A stretch of DNA of 64,000 nt. Source: Vitrella brassicaformis CCMP3155 (Eukaryota; Protista; Chromerida). Shown in pieces: positions 12,601 through 27,497 of this stretch; the first letter of the stretch is position 1; every line of letters begins with the position of its first letter. The notes under the pieces are model-generated. The model did no database searches. It worked only from the letters and a program-made list of their open reading frames with translations, and was not told the origin of the DNA. The stretch is taken from NCBI GenBank assembly GCA_001179505.1, contig CDMY01000221.1:98636-162635 (forward strand). Direction: 5' to 3'. The position numbers were made by a program, and so were the translations under genes.

Positions 12601-15153
12601 GTGTGGCTGACTCCCAGCAGCTGGGTCGTTTCCTGGGGTCCTTTTGCAGCAGCCAGTAGCAGATGCGCGTGATGACCTCGGGGGTGTCTTCGGGCAGGGG
12701 GTCCGGGTCGCTCTCACAGATCTCCACAAACAAGGCTTGCATCGAACTCTTAAGAAATAGCCACACACAACACAAAGGGGAAACACAACACGACACGCAA
12801 CCATGTTGTGTTGCTCGCCTCGCCGCAGGGAGTGGCTGGCCCGGCTCAACCGTGTGCCTGCCTGCCTGCATACGATACGTACGTGTTCAAATGGCCTCTT
12901 GAGTGTCACCATCTCATACACAATGCAGCCTGACACAGACAGACAGACAGACAGACACACAGACCAACATCCACAANNNNNNNNNNNNNNNNNNNNNNNN
13001 NNNNNNNNNNNNNNNNNNNNNNNNNNNNNNNNNNNNNNNNNNNNNNNNNNNNNNNNNNNNNNNNNNNNNNNNNNNNNNNNNNNNNNNNNNNNNNNNNNNN
13101 NNNNNNNNNNNNNNNNNNNNNNNNNNNNNNNNNNNNNNNNNNNNNNNNNNNNNNNNNNNNNNNNNNNNNNNNNNNNNNNNNNNNNNNNNNNNNNNNNNNN
13201 NNNNNNNNNNNNNNNNNNNNNNNNNNNNNNNNNNNNNNNNNNNNNNNNNNNNNNNNNNNNNNNNNNNNNNNNNNNNACCGATGTATTAGCTATCGCTGGC
13301 TCACTCACCGAATGCCCACATGTCGGACTCGCGTCCGTAGGACTCGCCGCGGCACAGCTCCGGGCTCATGAAGTAGGGCGTGCCCACGGACGTCTGGGCC
13401 ATGGCCGACGTGTTGGACAGCGCCTTGGCGATCCCAAAGTCACCCAACTTGATGCTGTTCTCCTGCAGACAGACAGACAGCCAAGTCAGCGGTGTGTGTG
13501 TGTGGGGTGTGTGGGGTGCGTGTGTGGATGGTGGTGCTGGTTTTCCTGATGCTGACTGACTTTGGTGAGGAAGAGGTTTTGCGACTTGAGGTCTCTGTGG
13601 AGGATGCTCTTTGAGTGGAGGGACATGATGCCCAAAACTATCTGAGCGATCCAATCTGACACACATACATCAGAAGGCATACAAACAAACTGTGTGTGGT
13701 GGGGTGGGGTGCAGCACGTGTGTGAAGTGGGCACCGACCGGTGATTTGTTCGTGTGGGAACTTCTGGCCCCTCTCCCTGGTGTCGCGGATCTTGTGGTAC
13801 AGATTCCCGCCCTCAGCATACTCCTACGACCGCACACGCACACGCACACGCACATCCATCCATCCACTCATGCACACATCTCTCTCGTCACACAGCCAGA
13901 CATCCTCTCTCTCTGTGTGTGTGTGTGTGTGTGTGTGCCCACCATGACGATGCTGATAGTGTCGTCGCTGATCCAGCTGTCGTAATAGCGCACGACAGTG
14001 GGACCGGACAGCAACTGAACATACACACACACACACACACACGCATTCGTGCATCCATCCATCCATCCATCCATTGGTCCACACGCTGGCTGGCTGACTT
14101 TGAGAAGGACGACTTCGTTTTCAGCCAGCTTGCGCTCAGCGTCGGACATGTACTCGGTCTTGATCTCCTTGAGAGCCAAGATCTCATTGTCACGCACACG
14201 ACGAACCAAATGCACAGACCTGACACACAGACAGACAGACAGACAGACGGACGACTCACATGTGCATCTGAGTGTCCGCAGCTAGCTATGTGTGCGACAC
14301 GCACCCCGAGGCGCCTCTGCCGATGGTTTCCAGCCGCTCGTAGACCTCGTTGCCGGCCGGCTTGGCCTTGTTCTTTTTCCCGAAGTACTTGTACACCCCC
14401 TTCAACACCTGCACAGGCACAGGCACACAGCCAGTGAGTGACACACAGACACAGACACAGTAGTGGGTGGATTGGGAGAGGGAGGGGAGCGAGTGAAGGG
14501 TATGGTTGCAATATGCCTGCCTGCAGCTGAATGGGTTTGACGAGGTAGTCTTTGGCGCCCCGGTCGATGCACATGGAAATGATCGACACCTCCTCGTTGG
14601 CACTCATCATCACCACCGGCACGTCAGCCAACCGGTGGTCCTCCTTCAAATGAGTCAGCAACTCTATACCATCCTGCCACCAGCCAAACAACACGACCAG
14701 CCAGCCCCACACAGACACACACACAATAAGACAGTCAATGTGAGAATATGTCGGTCGGTGTGCCTGCCTGTCTGTCTGTCTGTCTGTTAACTCCCCGCCC
14801 CCCCTCTGACCATTTCAGGCATGACAATGTCACACAGCACGAGATCGATGAAGTCCTCGTCGCCCCGCGCCTCGGCCTCCTCCGCCATGCGGGTCATCCC
14901 ATCCAGTGCCAGCGCACCATTGTCAAACGCACTCACTGCACACCACACACCGAAAGAACGAAACACAGCAAAAGACAGACAGACAGTGTGGTTGGTCCTT
15001 CTTCCACGTGTCTGTCGTCTGTCGTGTTGTGTGTTGGGGTGAGGGGCACGAACCCTTGTATCCACAGAGTGTGAGGATGTCGATGAGTGCCAGCCGCTGG
15101 AAGGCGTTGTCCTCCACCAACACGATGTGCCGCGTCTGGCTCACTATCGACAT
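9242..15153 (-). CDS. Receiver (REC) domain - NIMA-related (NEK) Ser/Thr kinase - DEP - DUF547 multidomain protein (~20 exons)
   Basis: REC motifs LVEDN, LCDIVMPEMDG, MMSA, LVKP. Kinase motifs GRGASG, LALKEI, HRDLKSQNLFLTK, KLGDFGIAK, GTPYFMSPE. DEP-like VFSAPNLVDFLCEHFDVVRERAGGIAQDMVDVGLL...FEDDPSKKLRF. DUF547-like VQGIDASKLNRTERKAFFLNI and LNVLTRQYL...PLFFKHYANDFG. Inter-domain junctions checked and in frame. One N-gap (9673-9971) lies inside the DUF547 part. Confidence 0.8.
9673..9971. other. Assembly gap (~300 N) inside the DUF547-coding region
   Basis: Run of N. Confidence 1.
12977..13276. other. Assembly gap (300 N), within a kinase-gene intron
   Basis: Run of N; the flanking exons (DMWAFG|CIVYEM) join without missing kinase sequence. 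Confidence 1.
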
Positions 15154-15435
15154 GATGACTCCTCACCGCCGAACAAACACTCAAATGGATGGCCCAGCAA
15201 AGAGGAAGAGCACACGGACGGCTGTGAGTGAGTGAGGCCCCTCTGCCGACTCAAAAATCCCTGCTCTGCTGTAGAGGGAGGCCTCTGCGCCTTCAGCTTA
15301 TTTATTGATGGTTGTTTCTGCCTTGCCTGTTTCTGTCGTTCGAAGGCGGGGGCTCGGGCTGCGTGGGAGCCCTTCCGACGACTTGTCCAGTGCTGTTCTC
15401 GTGTTTCTTTTCCCCTTCCCCTTTCCTGCGAGCCA

Positions 15436-15442
15436 AGCTCGC
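15436..15442 (-). promoter_or_regulatory. GCGAGCT motif in divergent spacer
   Basis: aAGCTCGCa between starts at 15153 and 15561. Confidence 0.5.
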
Positions 15443-15560
15443 AGCCCGGCTTCCGTGAAACCACACAGGGGAGGTAGTGAAGCCGGATGAAGGCAAGATG
15501 AGCAGCCTTCTCCCCAGCAGAGGCGTGTGTATCAGCACTTGACGCGAGGTGAGGCCGGCC

Positions 15561-18500
15561 ATGGATGACGAGGCGTCCCGTAAGCCAAAGAAGACCAGGA
15601 GAGGAGGCAAGTCAAAGAGGAAAAAGGACGACGGAACACCAGCACCCACAGATCCACCGCCAGCGCCACCACCGCCCGAAGACGAGGCAACAGATGCCGT
15701 CCAACCGCCCTCATCTTCGTCGGCAGATCTGCCTGGGCCTGCGCCGGCTGCAGCAGCAGAAGCTGCAACTGCAGCAGCTGCAACTGTAGGGGGTGGAGCG
15801 GTGCTGCAGGCTGAGGAAGCGCCTGGTCACGGTCATGCGGATGTGGCAGTGACCGGCGAGGACACTGGGGATGTGGTCGAGTGCGCGTGGAAGGACATCA
15901 CCCAAGTGGTCAGGCAGGCGCCCAAAGGTCAGTCCGTCAGTGAGCCACCCACTCAGTCAGTCAGTCAGTCAGTCAGTCAAATTGACGGGGCGGGGGAGTG
16001 CTCACTCTCACTCCCTCTGCATGGACTGGCTGTGCCTGTGTGTGCTGATTGCATATACGCCATCCACCGATGCATCTGTCCATCCATATGTCCATCAGAG
16101 ATGCCGCTAGGCCACTACGTGGCGAGCAACCGTTTCTCGCTGGAGCACGGCCTCAACTGCATCGAGATGATGGACCCCAAGATGGACAGCGGCATCCACC
16201 CGCAGCGCAGGCTCACTGTCGACAAGTGCCGGCGCAAGAGGCTCGTCCCCACGACCCTCTCCGGCCGCATGCTGCAGAAGATCACCAACCAGCTGCTGGT
16301 CGTCTGGGAGCTCGTCCTGCAGGGCTACGCCCCCTCCTACACCCTCATGACCTTCCTCTTCTACCACGACACCACCCTCCTCCGACCATTCCCACTCCTC
16401 CAGGCCTTCAGCAAGGGCGTCTTGATCGCCTGCAGCGCAGCACTGAGGCTCACTTGCAAGTCAGACGTCATGGACGACGAGGAGGCCTTCGCCAGCCTGG
16501 AGCACTTCTCGCCCCAGCCCCCACCCACCCCGCCGGTCGCAGAGACCCTGCGGGAGCTGGAGAGCGCCCGGGGGCAGCTGAGCGACGCGCAGAAGCGGCT
16601 CGAGGCCGAGGGCAAGGTCGGTGAGCTCGACTACATGATGGGCGAGAACGACAACCGCACCCTCGACACGTCCGACCTGCCGGGCGGCGAGACGGAGGCC
16701 CTGGAGACGGCCAGGGAGGCCAAGTCGCTCCTGGCGCGCTTCACCTTTCTGCTGCACTACCTGAGGGGGCTGGAGGCCTTCGAGAAGCTTGCGAGCTCCG
16801 CCCCGAGCACATCCGCAGCCACATCCAGCCCCACCGCCCCGCCCTCGTCAGTGGTCAAGCAGCTGGATCAGGTGTGTGTGAGCATGCGCAAGGCCAAGGA
16901 GGCCTTTCACGATGGCTACAAGGTCATGTACTCGGCCCCCCCGCCGTCGCCCATCTTCGACATGGAGCTCATCCGACACGAGATGACGCTGGGGGCGCCC
17001 CGGTACCCCCCGCCGATGGATGTCCTCGAGGCCGTCAAGAGCTTTCAGCTGCACCTGGCCGACATCCTGTTCGCCCTCGAGTCGGCACCAAGGGCCTACA
17101 GGCAGTCGTATGCCGACCTCTTCGCCTACCAGCGGGAGCTCCTCTCACGCCCCTCGAGCGACTCGGAGGCCCTCCCCCGGGTCATGTCCAAGCTCCTCAT
17201 CGAGACCCTCCTCGACTCGGCCACACGTGAGGAGCGGTCGGCGGGCGAGCCGAGCGGCGGGTGGTCCACCCCCTCCACACACACATCCACGACGCCTTCA
17301 TCGTCGTCTCAGCGGATGGCCAACGGGACGGACAAGGGCAGCGGGTCGCTTCCCAACCTCCCCAGCACACGGGGGCTGATTGTCAAGCTCCTCGTCGACG
17401 CAATGGTGCCCAGCGAGGCTCTCGTCGAGCCGGAGGATGACGGCGACCACCATCAGCAGCAGCAGCAGCAGGAGACCGAGGGCGCCTCCACGCCAGCCAG
17501 CGGCAACGGCAGCGTTGTGAGCGGGCCGAGGGACAGGAGGGGCAATGGCAAGAAGAAGAAGGGCAGCCAGCTGCCGTCGCTGTCGCCAGCGTCCAAGAAG
17601 GCTGACAAGGGCGGCGGCAAGAAGGCCGGGAGCGGCAATGCGGCTGGGGGGGCGGACGAGCTGGAGCTGGAGATGAGCGAAAACGACCAGACGATGCAGA
17701 GGTGTCGGCACGTGTGCAAGCGGTTCATCGACGCCGCGGCACTGCTCCTCAGGTCACTCATCAAGGTACGGACGTACGTACGGGTTGAGCAGATGGATGG
17801 AATATATAGATGGCTGCAGTCACTGCAGTCAGGCCGGCCAGTGTAGTGTATTGATTGCGTGTGTCGTGTCTTATTCTATGCACGTATCGCATGCATCAGT
17901 TGGCCCACCAGCACAAGAGTCGGATCTACCGGAAGTTCACGCACATCTTCGCTGAGGTGGAGACGCTGCTGCCCCTCGCAGAGCAGGTCGACAAACAACT
18001 CGCGGACACATTCGGCGGAAACCTCGCCATCAGGTGGGGAAAACGACTTCCCCCCCCTCGCCACCCAACCCACCGTAGCGCGCGCTCACGTGTGTGTGTG
18101 TGTGTGTGTGTGATGATGATGATGTGTGCAGGGGTCCGTGTGTGCGATGGCTGCAGGAGTTGTCCCTTCAGTTCCTGGGCGAGCGGCTGGCGCTGGGCTT
18201 CGAGCTGCAGCTCTACGACGACGAGGAGAACTGGATGATCTACTGGTACGCACGATCCAACAATAACGACCCTCTCCGTCTCTTTGTCTGTCCATCGACA
18301 CGTCCCCCTGTCTGTCTGTGTGTGCGTCGTGTGGTGCCCCAGGGTCCTGTCACGTGTGCACGAGTGCCGTGCAGCGATCCTCAGCGAGCGACAGGTGGGT
18401 AGGTACCTAAGCCACAAAAACACACACAGCCACACCATGCAGTGCAGGCAATCAAGTCCCTGTCTGCCTGTGTGTTTGTTAATCAGCTGGCGTCTGAGGA

Positions 18501-19577
18501 GCCCCAGGGGTCGAGCACCATCGGCGGTGCCAACAGGCGGAAGGGCGGCGGCAGACTCGCCCTGGCGGGTCGGGCGGGGGAGGCACGTGACCGCCGAGGA
18601 GGTCCGAGTGAGCGGCCAGAGCCGCCCGCCGTGGCACCTGGTGTGGAGAAGACGCGCAAGCCAGCGCCGCGCCACCCGTCGTCGCAGCTCCTGTATGTCC
18701 GCGTGCAGCAGCTCGTTTCCGAGGGGCTCTGGAGGTGCGCAGGCAGACAGATTGGGGCATCGATGGATGGATGGATGGATGTGGGTCATGTCATGCGTCT
18801 TGTGTGTGTGTCAGGTTGTTGTGTCACACCAATTTCGAGGCATCTCATCGGAATCAGCTCAACCGCGAGTACTTCCTCGAGGTCGAAAGAAAGTGGTTCG
18901 TCAGGTCAGCCAGCAAGAAACAGACAGACAGACAGGCAGACAGACAGATGGACGGATGGATGGATGGATTGCCATCATACTGAACGCCTCGTGGTGTGTG
19001 TGGTTGGGTGGTGGTTGCAGGCTTGCGAATGCGTTGCAGCACGTGGAAATGGGCAAGATATGTTCGTCTCTCGGCCTGGAGCACTCCTTCTCCTTTAGGG
19101 AGTTCCACGACCAAAGCGTCCGCAGCGTCTGGCACGTGAGACACACACACACGCACCTACACGCTATGTTCTCTCTGTGTCCCCCCCTGCTGTGCACATC
19201 TCGGGGTGCTGTGTTGGTGTCTGTGTCTGTATCCTCCTTAGCATGAAAAGACGCTGCAGCGTGCGTGCGAGGCGCTGACTGAGGGTCAACAGCTCAACGA
19301 CAAGCTGCTGAAGAGGAAGAAGGACGGCACCGAAGTGCTGCACCCCGAGATACAGGTGGGTGGGGGAGCTACAGACTGCACTGCACTGCACCTGAGGCCC
19401 GTCATTGGGGGGAGGGGAGTGTATGGCTGTGGGTGTGGGTCGATACGTAGGCTGATTTGCTGGAAGAGATGAAGGCCCCGATGGAAGCCAACCTCAAGGC
19501 AGCCAAGCAGTGAGTAACCACACACACACGGGCAGGGCACACACCTGACCTGTCCACTCATCCTACACTCACTCATG

Positions 19578-19623
<46 letters not shown>

Positions 19624-19948
19624 GTGCAGCTATGCGATGGCGATGAATCGGTTCATCAGCGTGGCCCACAAGCGCGCCTTCCTGCCCTACGTCCTGCTCA
19701 CCGAGATCGAAATCACACAACACACCAGACAGCCGTACGCCACACACCACGTACCACAACCCTACGCTGCGCAGCGCAATACGATCCGACATGCGACCCA
19801 TCCTGTCGGTCTGTCGCATGGCATGCACGTGTGCGCTGCGCTGTGTGCTGTGCAGTCCACCCCACCACCCGATGCCAACGCATTCGCCGCACCCCATCCC
19901 CCGCCCCTCCCCGCCGCCATTCCCCCCCGCTCCCGCTGGCGGGACTAG
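15561..19948 (+). CDS. NAA35: NatC N-alpha-acetyltransferase auxiliary subunit (Mak10 family)
   Basis: Mak10 signature SNRFSLEHGLNCIEMMDPKMDSG, followed by LWLQELSLQFLGERLALGFELQLYDDEENWMIYWY. The 3' end is uncertain (last exon starts ~19624). Confidence 0.8.
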
Positions 19949-20469
19949 GCACATAGACTCAGACGGACACAACACATGACCCACTCAGTAGCACTCGTGT
20001 GCGTCATCTGGTGAGGATGGTGGGTTGATGGAGTGACTGGGTGGGTGGGATGGCTGAGTGAATGAGTCATTGTGTAGCTTTCGAGAGCGCACGTGCACGC
20101 TTGATGCGTGCAGTGAGTGCCTTCGTGGTAGAGTCAGCTGACGTTGACCTTCCCGTGTGAGATGGATGGATGGACGGACGGATGATACACACCACACCAC
20201 ACCCTTTCTTTGTGTGTGTTTTAATGCGTAATGACGGCCTGCCTTGTCTCGTCTGTCTCCACTCTCACACAAGAAGTGAGTGTCACGTCACGTGCAGGAG
20301 TCGAGTCTAAGAGCTACCCTCGTGAATGCATTTGCAATGCCGAGCCCCATTCACCGGCCACCACCTACGGTAGGCACACATTTCTCTCTGAATGGGAAAA
20401 TCCCCATGGACGCCAGTGTGTCCGTCCATCCATCCATCCATCGACTGCACACCACACCCGACCACCCAT

Positions 20470-21865
20470 TCATTCACTTCTTCTCTCCCCCCTTCTCTCC
20501 CCACCGCTGTCGTCGCCGCCTTCTCCGTCAGATTGTTGCTGGTCTGCATCCGCTGCAGGCCTTGGCGTCGTCGACTCCTGCTGCTGCTCTTTTTGTTGCT
20601 GCTGGGTAGGGGTAGGGGTTGGGGGCTCGTCCAGCACATCGACATCAGGCTGCTGCCACGACAGCGTCCACGGCCGGCCCTCCTGTTTCTGCAGATCCTC
20701 CAAGATGCTCAGCGTCAGGAAGATAATCCTCATCTGCACCCCAACACACACAGGTGGGTGACAGACAGAGTGTCTCCCTGAATGGAATCAAGTACCCCTC
20801 CTTCCTCTGGGGGTTTTGTGTGTGGTGGAACGTACCGATTGCTGAAGCATGGCCTGCTCGATTGGCGTCCGAACCTTGTCGCTTCCCGTGCGCGAGATCA
20901 TTTCCTCCTGAGGTGGCAGACAGCAGATCGAGATCCTCCTGCCCGCTCAGCCCGTGCGCTCACCAGCTTGAGCCGCCTGAGGTCGAATCCCCTCCTGTGG
21001 GCCTCCACGACGTTTGCCACGAAGGGGCTGAACTTCTCCTCAAACGAAATCGAGAGCTGACTCGGCGACTCGCGCAGCTGCGGCCATCTGAGAGAACACA
21101 CAGCAGACCCCAAGCACTAGGAGATGCTGCCCGTGTGCCGGCGGTGTGCGTGAGGTCTGTGTGTTCATTGCATACCCGACGGTTTGCAAGGTCAGGAAGA
21201 TCAGCGACATCCATATCGTCCTCAGCTCGGCCTCATCTGGCTGGCACAAACCATGGCAAAGAAAGGCAAACAAACGGTCGTGTACACGCGTCAAGCTGGC
21301 TGGCACGTCAGTCACCCATGTCACCTCACCCACCATCAGCGGCCTGCACACAGCGACAGACAAAAAACAGCAGACCAGATTAGCTATCGGATGCTCACTC
21401 AGTCGGGCACTCATTCACTCACTCACTGACCGTTCGATGGATGGCTTGTCGACAGTGGAGACCTCCAAAAGCAGCGCCGGCATGTTGAACCCCTTCTCGT
21501 ACGCCGTTATCACGGGTCGGATGAACTGACGCAGCGTCTCCTGGTAGTCCTGCACACACACAGAGATCAGCACCCACAGATCACATCATTAAGTGGGATC
21601 AGGCCACCGGATGACATGACCGACTGACCAGATCAGTCCTGCTGCAGGCAGCGATGAAGGCCTTCTCAATCGCCTCCGCCACCTCGTGAGTCCCCCCTCC
21701 GCTCTGCGGCAGCAGTGACATCCTCATGGGCCACCTGATGTGGTGGTGATGGAGCGCACCGCGATAGCTGGAACACAGGTGATGCGGCCTTGATGGGGAG
21801 ATGAAGGCGGCCGCGGTTGTGGTTGTAAGAGCAAGGCAGGCAATACAGACCAGCCTCCTCTTCAT
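20470..21865 (-). CDS. Putative plastid-targeted protein of unknown function with two internal repeats
   Basis: Leader MKRRLVCIACLALTTTTAAA|FISPSRPHH (signal peptide, then Phe, then Ser/Arg/His-rich transit-like stretch). Repeat 1: AYEKGFNMPALLLE...RPLMVDEAELRTIWMSLIFLTL. Repeat 2: AHRRGFDLRRLKL...RTPIEQAMLQQ..MRIIFLTL. Confidence 0.6.
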
Positions 21866-22090
21866 CCACCCCCGTACGCTTGCCGCTCCAGCTCCTCGCC
21901 TCAATGCATCATGCTCGCGCTCAACCGCAAGATCTGCCTCGGCATCCCTTCCCAAGTCATCTGGTTGGGCCTGCATCTCTCGTTTGCGACCTGGCATGAT
22001 CTCCGGCCGTTGTCCGCTGGTTGACCTGGTCTCACCCATCAGAGTAAGCTTCGGGGAACGCAGACGTCTTGGCACTCTCTTTTTGAGACT

Positions 22091-22097
22091 GCGAGCT
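22091..22097 (+). promoter_or_regulatory. GCGAGCT motif in divergent spacer
   Basis: tGCGAGCTc between starts at 21865 and 22170. Confidence 0.5.
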
Positions 22098-22169
22098 CCA
22101 TTAGAGTGGGGGCGGTCTCAACGAAGCTTGTCTCAACGAAGCCTCTCCCCCGCTTCTTCCGATTCGACG

Positions 22170-23580
22170 ATGCTTTTTTTGCTGGGCCTCGTGTTTCTTC
22201 CCAGTTTGGTGTCTTCCGGCTTCCTTCCTGTGTCCACCAACAATAGCAATGCCATCGGGAAGCCCCGCGGTGTGACGGCACCCGTTCCTGACCTCCTGGT
22301 AGGCTGCCACAGCCCCTTCCACGCGCTGCCCTTCCCCGTTCCCTTGAACTACAAGCAGACCAAGGCAGAGAAACAAGCATGGCTCCACGAGTATGTTAAG
22401 CGATGATCAATGATGACGAGACACAATTGACGAAAGACTTCTGCATGCATGCATGACATTGTGTGCAGTTACGACCAGCATGTGGCATATGCTGACCTTC
22501 CATACCGCAACTTTAGCGCCCCTGAAGTGCCAACAACCTCTGCAGCGTTCCCCAAAGGAGTTTTCCCTCGAAAGCTCTGTGAGGCTCGCTCTCAAAAATA
22601 TGCATGTCACAAAGTGCAAATCGACCATCGTGACGTCTTTTCTCTTGATCACCGTGCGTGTCTGCTTTGTCAAGATGGGTTCAACCCGGATGAGTTCCAG
22701 GTATTCTGGCAGACTCAAGAAGGGAACATTCTGGTGGACTCCGGCCGCTTGTGTGGGAAGAAAGATGGCGATTCCTGTATGCCCCGTAAGTGAGTTCGGG
22801 TTGTTGGCGTTTCCATGAAGATAAGCACGTCAGGTCATGAATTTCACATCCGTGTGTGCACAGACAAATGGCCGCGGGACGTGCTGGCCGGCCCCGTCCC
22901 GCACTACTGGCAGATGAACCTTTTGGACACGGAACAGATCCAAATCGGTAGGACGTCTTCGTCTTCGATGATTTCGTCTCAAGCGCTCCTCCGGCAAAAG
23001 TGTGTAAATGCTTTGTCTCCTGTCTGTATGCCCACAGCTCTCAATAATTTAGACCTGCCGCTCAATCACTTCACCGGAATTTGGTTCCACAACTGTCATC
23101 GAGTGAGACACCACACAGTGTGGGCTCCTTTTCTCGCAACACCGCTGTGCCATCTCCGAATGTGTCTCTCTTCCTATCTTGTAGGACATGTTTTTCGAGG
23201 AAGCCATGCAGTTGGCCCCGGATGAAGCCAACCCTGGCAGGTATCTTCCGTATCGGGCCCCCAATCAGATCATGTGGATGGTGACCGCGTCCCTCCTGGC
23301 ACATACGGAAGACGCCTATATGATCAACACCATCTTCCCCGCCCTCTTCTGGCAAGGAGAGCCGTGCGAGTGCGCATTCGCCAACCAGTACTGCGCCTTT
23401 CATTCGGCGTTTGGACGAGAGATGTGCTGGCCATCGCACAGCGTGGCTCTTAACTTCGACATGAGCATGTCGGTCCTTGAGGGCCTCGGATGGCGCATCG
23501 CCGGCGGAGTGGACGTGGGGGACTATATCTCAGGAAAGGAAATATTCCAAAAATTTGCAACGATTTTCCAGCGTATTTAA
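22170..23580 (+). CDS. Secreted Cys/His-rich protein of unknown family (5 exons, short introns)
   Basis: Signal peptide MLFLLGLVFLPSLVSSG. In-frame GT-AG joins through ORFs 21801, 22449, 22815 and 23188. No recognised domain. Confidence 0.6.
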
Positions 23581-23625
23581 ATCAACAGACACCGACAAAG
23601 AGCGATGGGGGCAGGGAGAGAGGGG

Positions 23626-23660
<35 letters not shown>

Positions 23661-24000
23661 AGAGAGTGCTCGACGTCAAGACAGAATCGATACGAGTGAG
23701 GAAATCGATAGAACGAGCGGTCGGGAGGATAAATGACGGGGGGCCGGCGGAAGTGACGCGACTTGTGTCTGCAAACATTGACAGTCTGAGGTGGATACAC
23801 AGACACGTACACCGAGCAAACCTTCATACGTCCAAGCCTTCTCACACATCGAAGAAAAAGACGGCTACATGTGTGATCCGTGCCGTTCGACGCACCAGCA
23901 GAGCATGAGTGACGTATTGAAGTACACACAGCACAGACAGATGGAAGCCATTCGTCGCGCGGACGGAATCTTGCACACACGCAGTCTCACGCACCCAATC

Positions 24001-24114
24001 GAGATGCACACGCAATTGGCACCATGCCGAGATGCACACGCACCCAACGTTCATCGACTGTTCGTTGCACATGCACCCGACCGATCGTTCGTTGCACACG
24101 CACCCAACCGACCT
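24001..24114 (+). repeat. Degenerate ~27-30 bp tandem repeat, 4 units with GCACAYGCA core
   Basis: ttcgttgcacatgcacccgaccgatcg / ttcgttgcacacgcacccaaccgacct, preceded by two gagatgcacacgca units. Confidence 0.75.
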
Positions 24115-24594
24115 TTCGTCATTGCAGATCTGCCCATCTTGTGGCTGTTGGCTGCTTCCAGTGGCTAATCTGTCTGCAACTGCAGATATGTCGGTAGATG
24201 GAGGTGCGCGTTTTCCTGCGCCACGTATGTTATGGCCGCCGCGTGAACTCTACCTACTCTGCAGTGGACTCTGAGCGGATGGTACTCTTGGTTCATGTCC
24301 AAATGCATGTGTCTCCTTTCTCATGCAGCCGTCCACCGATCCAGTCATCCATTCAGACAGACAGACAGACAGACAGACAGATATGCACAGGACACGCGCA
24401 GTCGCGACAGCAGCTGGTGCTTAAAGGAAAAGGCAGCGTGTAATGCAACGAGGAACGGCTGCTTTGATTTCCCACAAACAGGTCAAGCACTCACTTAGTC
24501 GCATTTTCCTCTGAAGGATCCCTGTCCGGTTGCTTTTATGATGTCCTTGTTGTTCCTCACTTGTTGTTCTGCCATGCAGCCCTTCGCGGGCGGT

Positions 24595-27380
<2,786 letters not shown>

Positions 27381-27451
27381 CGGCGACAATCCCAAGACAA
27401 CGCCAAGCTCTCGCTGTCGGGTCAAGGGTTTCGGGTCAAGGGTTTGGATTT

Positions 27452-27458
27452 GCGAGCT
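27452..27458 (+). promoter_or_regulatory. GCGAGCT motif in divergent spacer
   Basis: atttGCGAGCTt in the 117-bp spacer between 27380 and 27498. Confidence 0.55.
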
Positions 27459-27497
27459 TGAATGAGGAGATGACGAAACCAGATCCCGCCAGATCTG

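Noticed and set aside
22441-22456. TGCATGCA ApiAP2-type site
   Set aside because: It lies in an intron, and TGCATG-type words are scattered through introns across the window with no promoter bias.
24001-24114. CRISPR-like or coding repeat (ORF 23791-24168)
   Set aside because: The units are adjacent with no unique spacers, there are no cas genes, and the context is eukaryotic. The ORF lies between two convergent 3' ends and has no supporting motif.
27421-27446. Telomere/telo-box-like AGGGTTT direct repeat in the phosphatase promoter
   Set aside because: Only two imperfect copies, and not seen in the other promoters.
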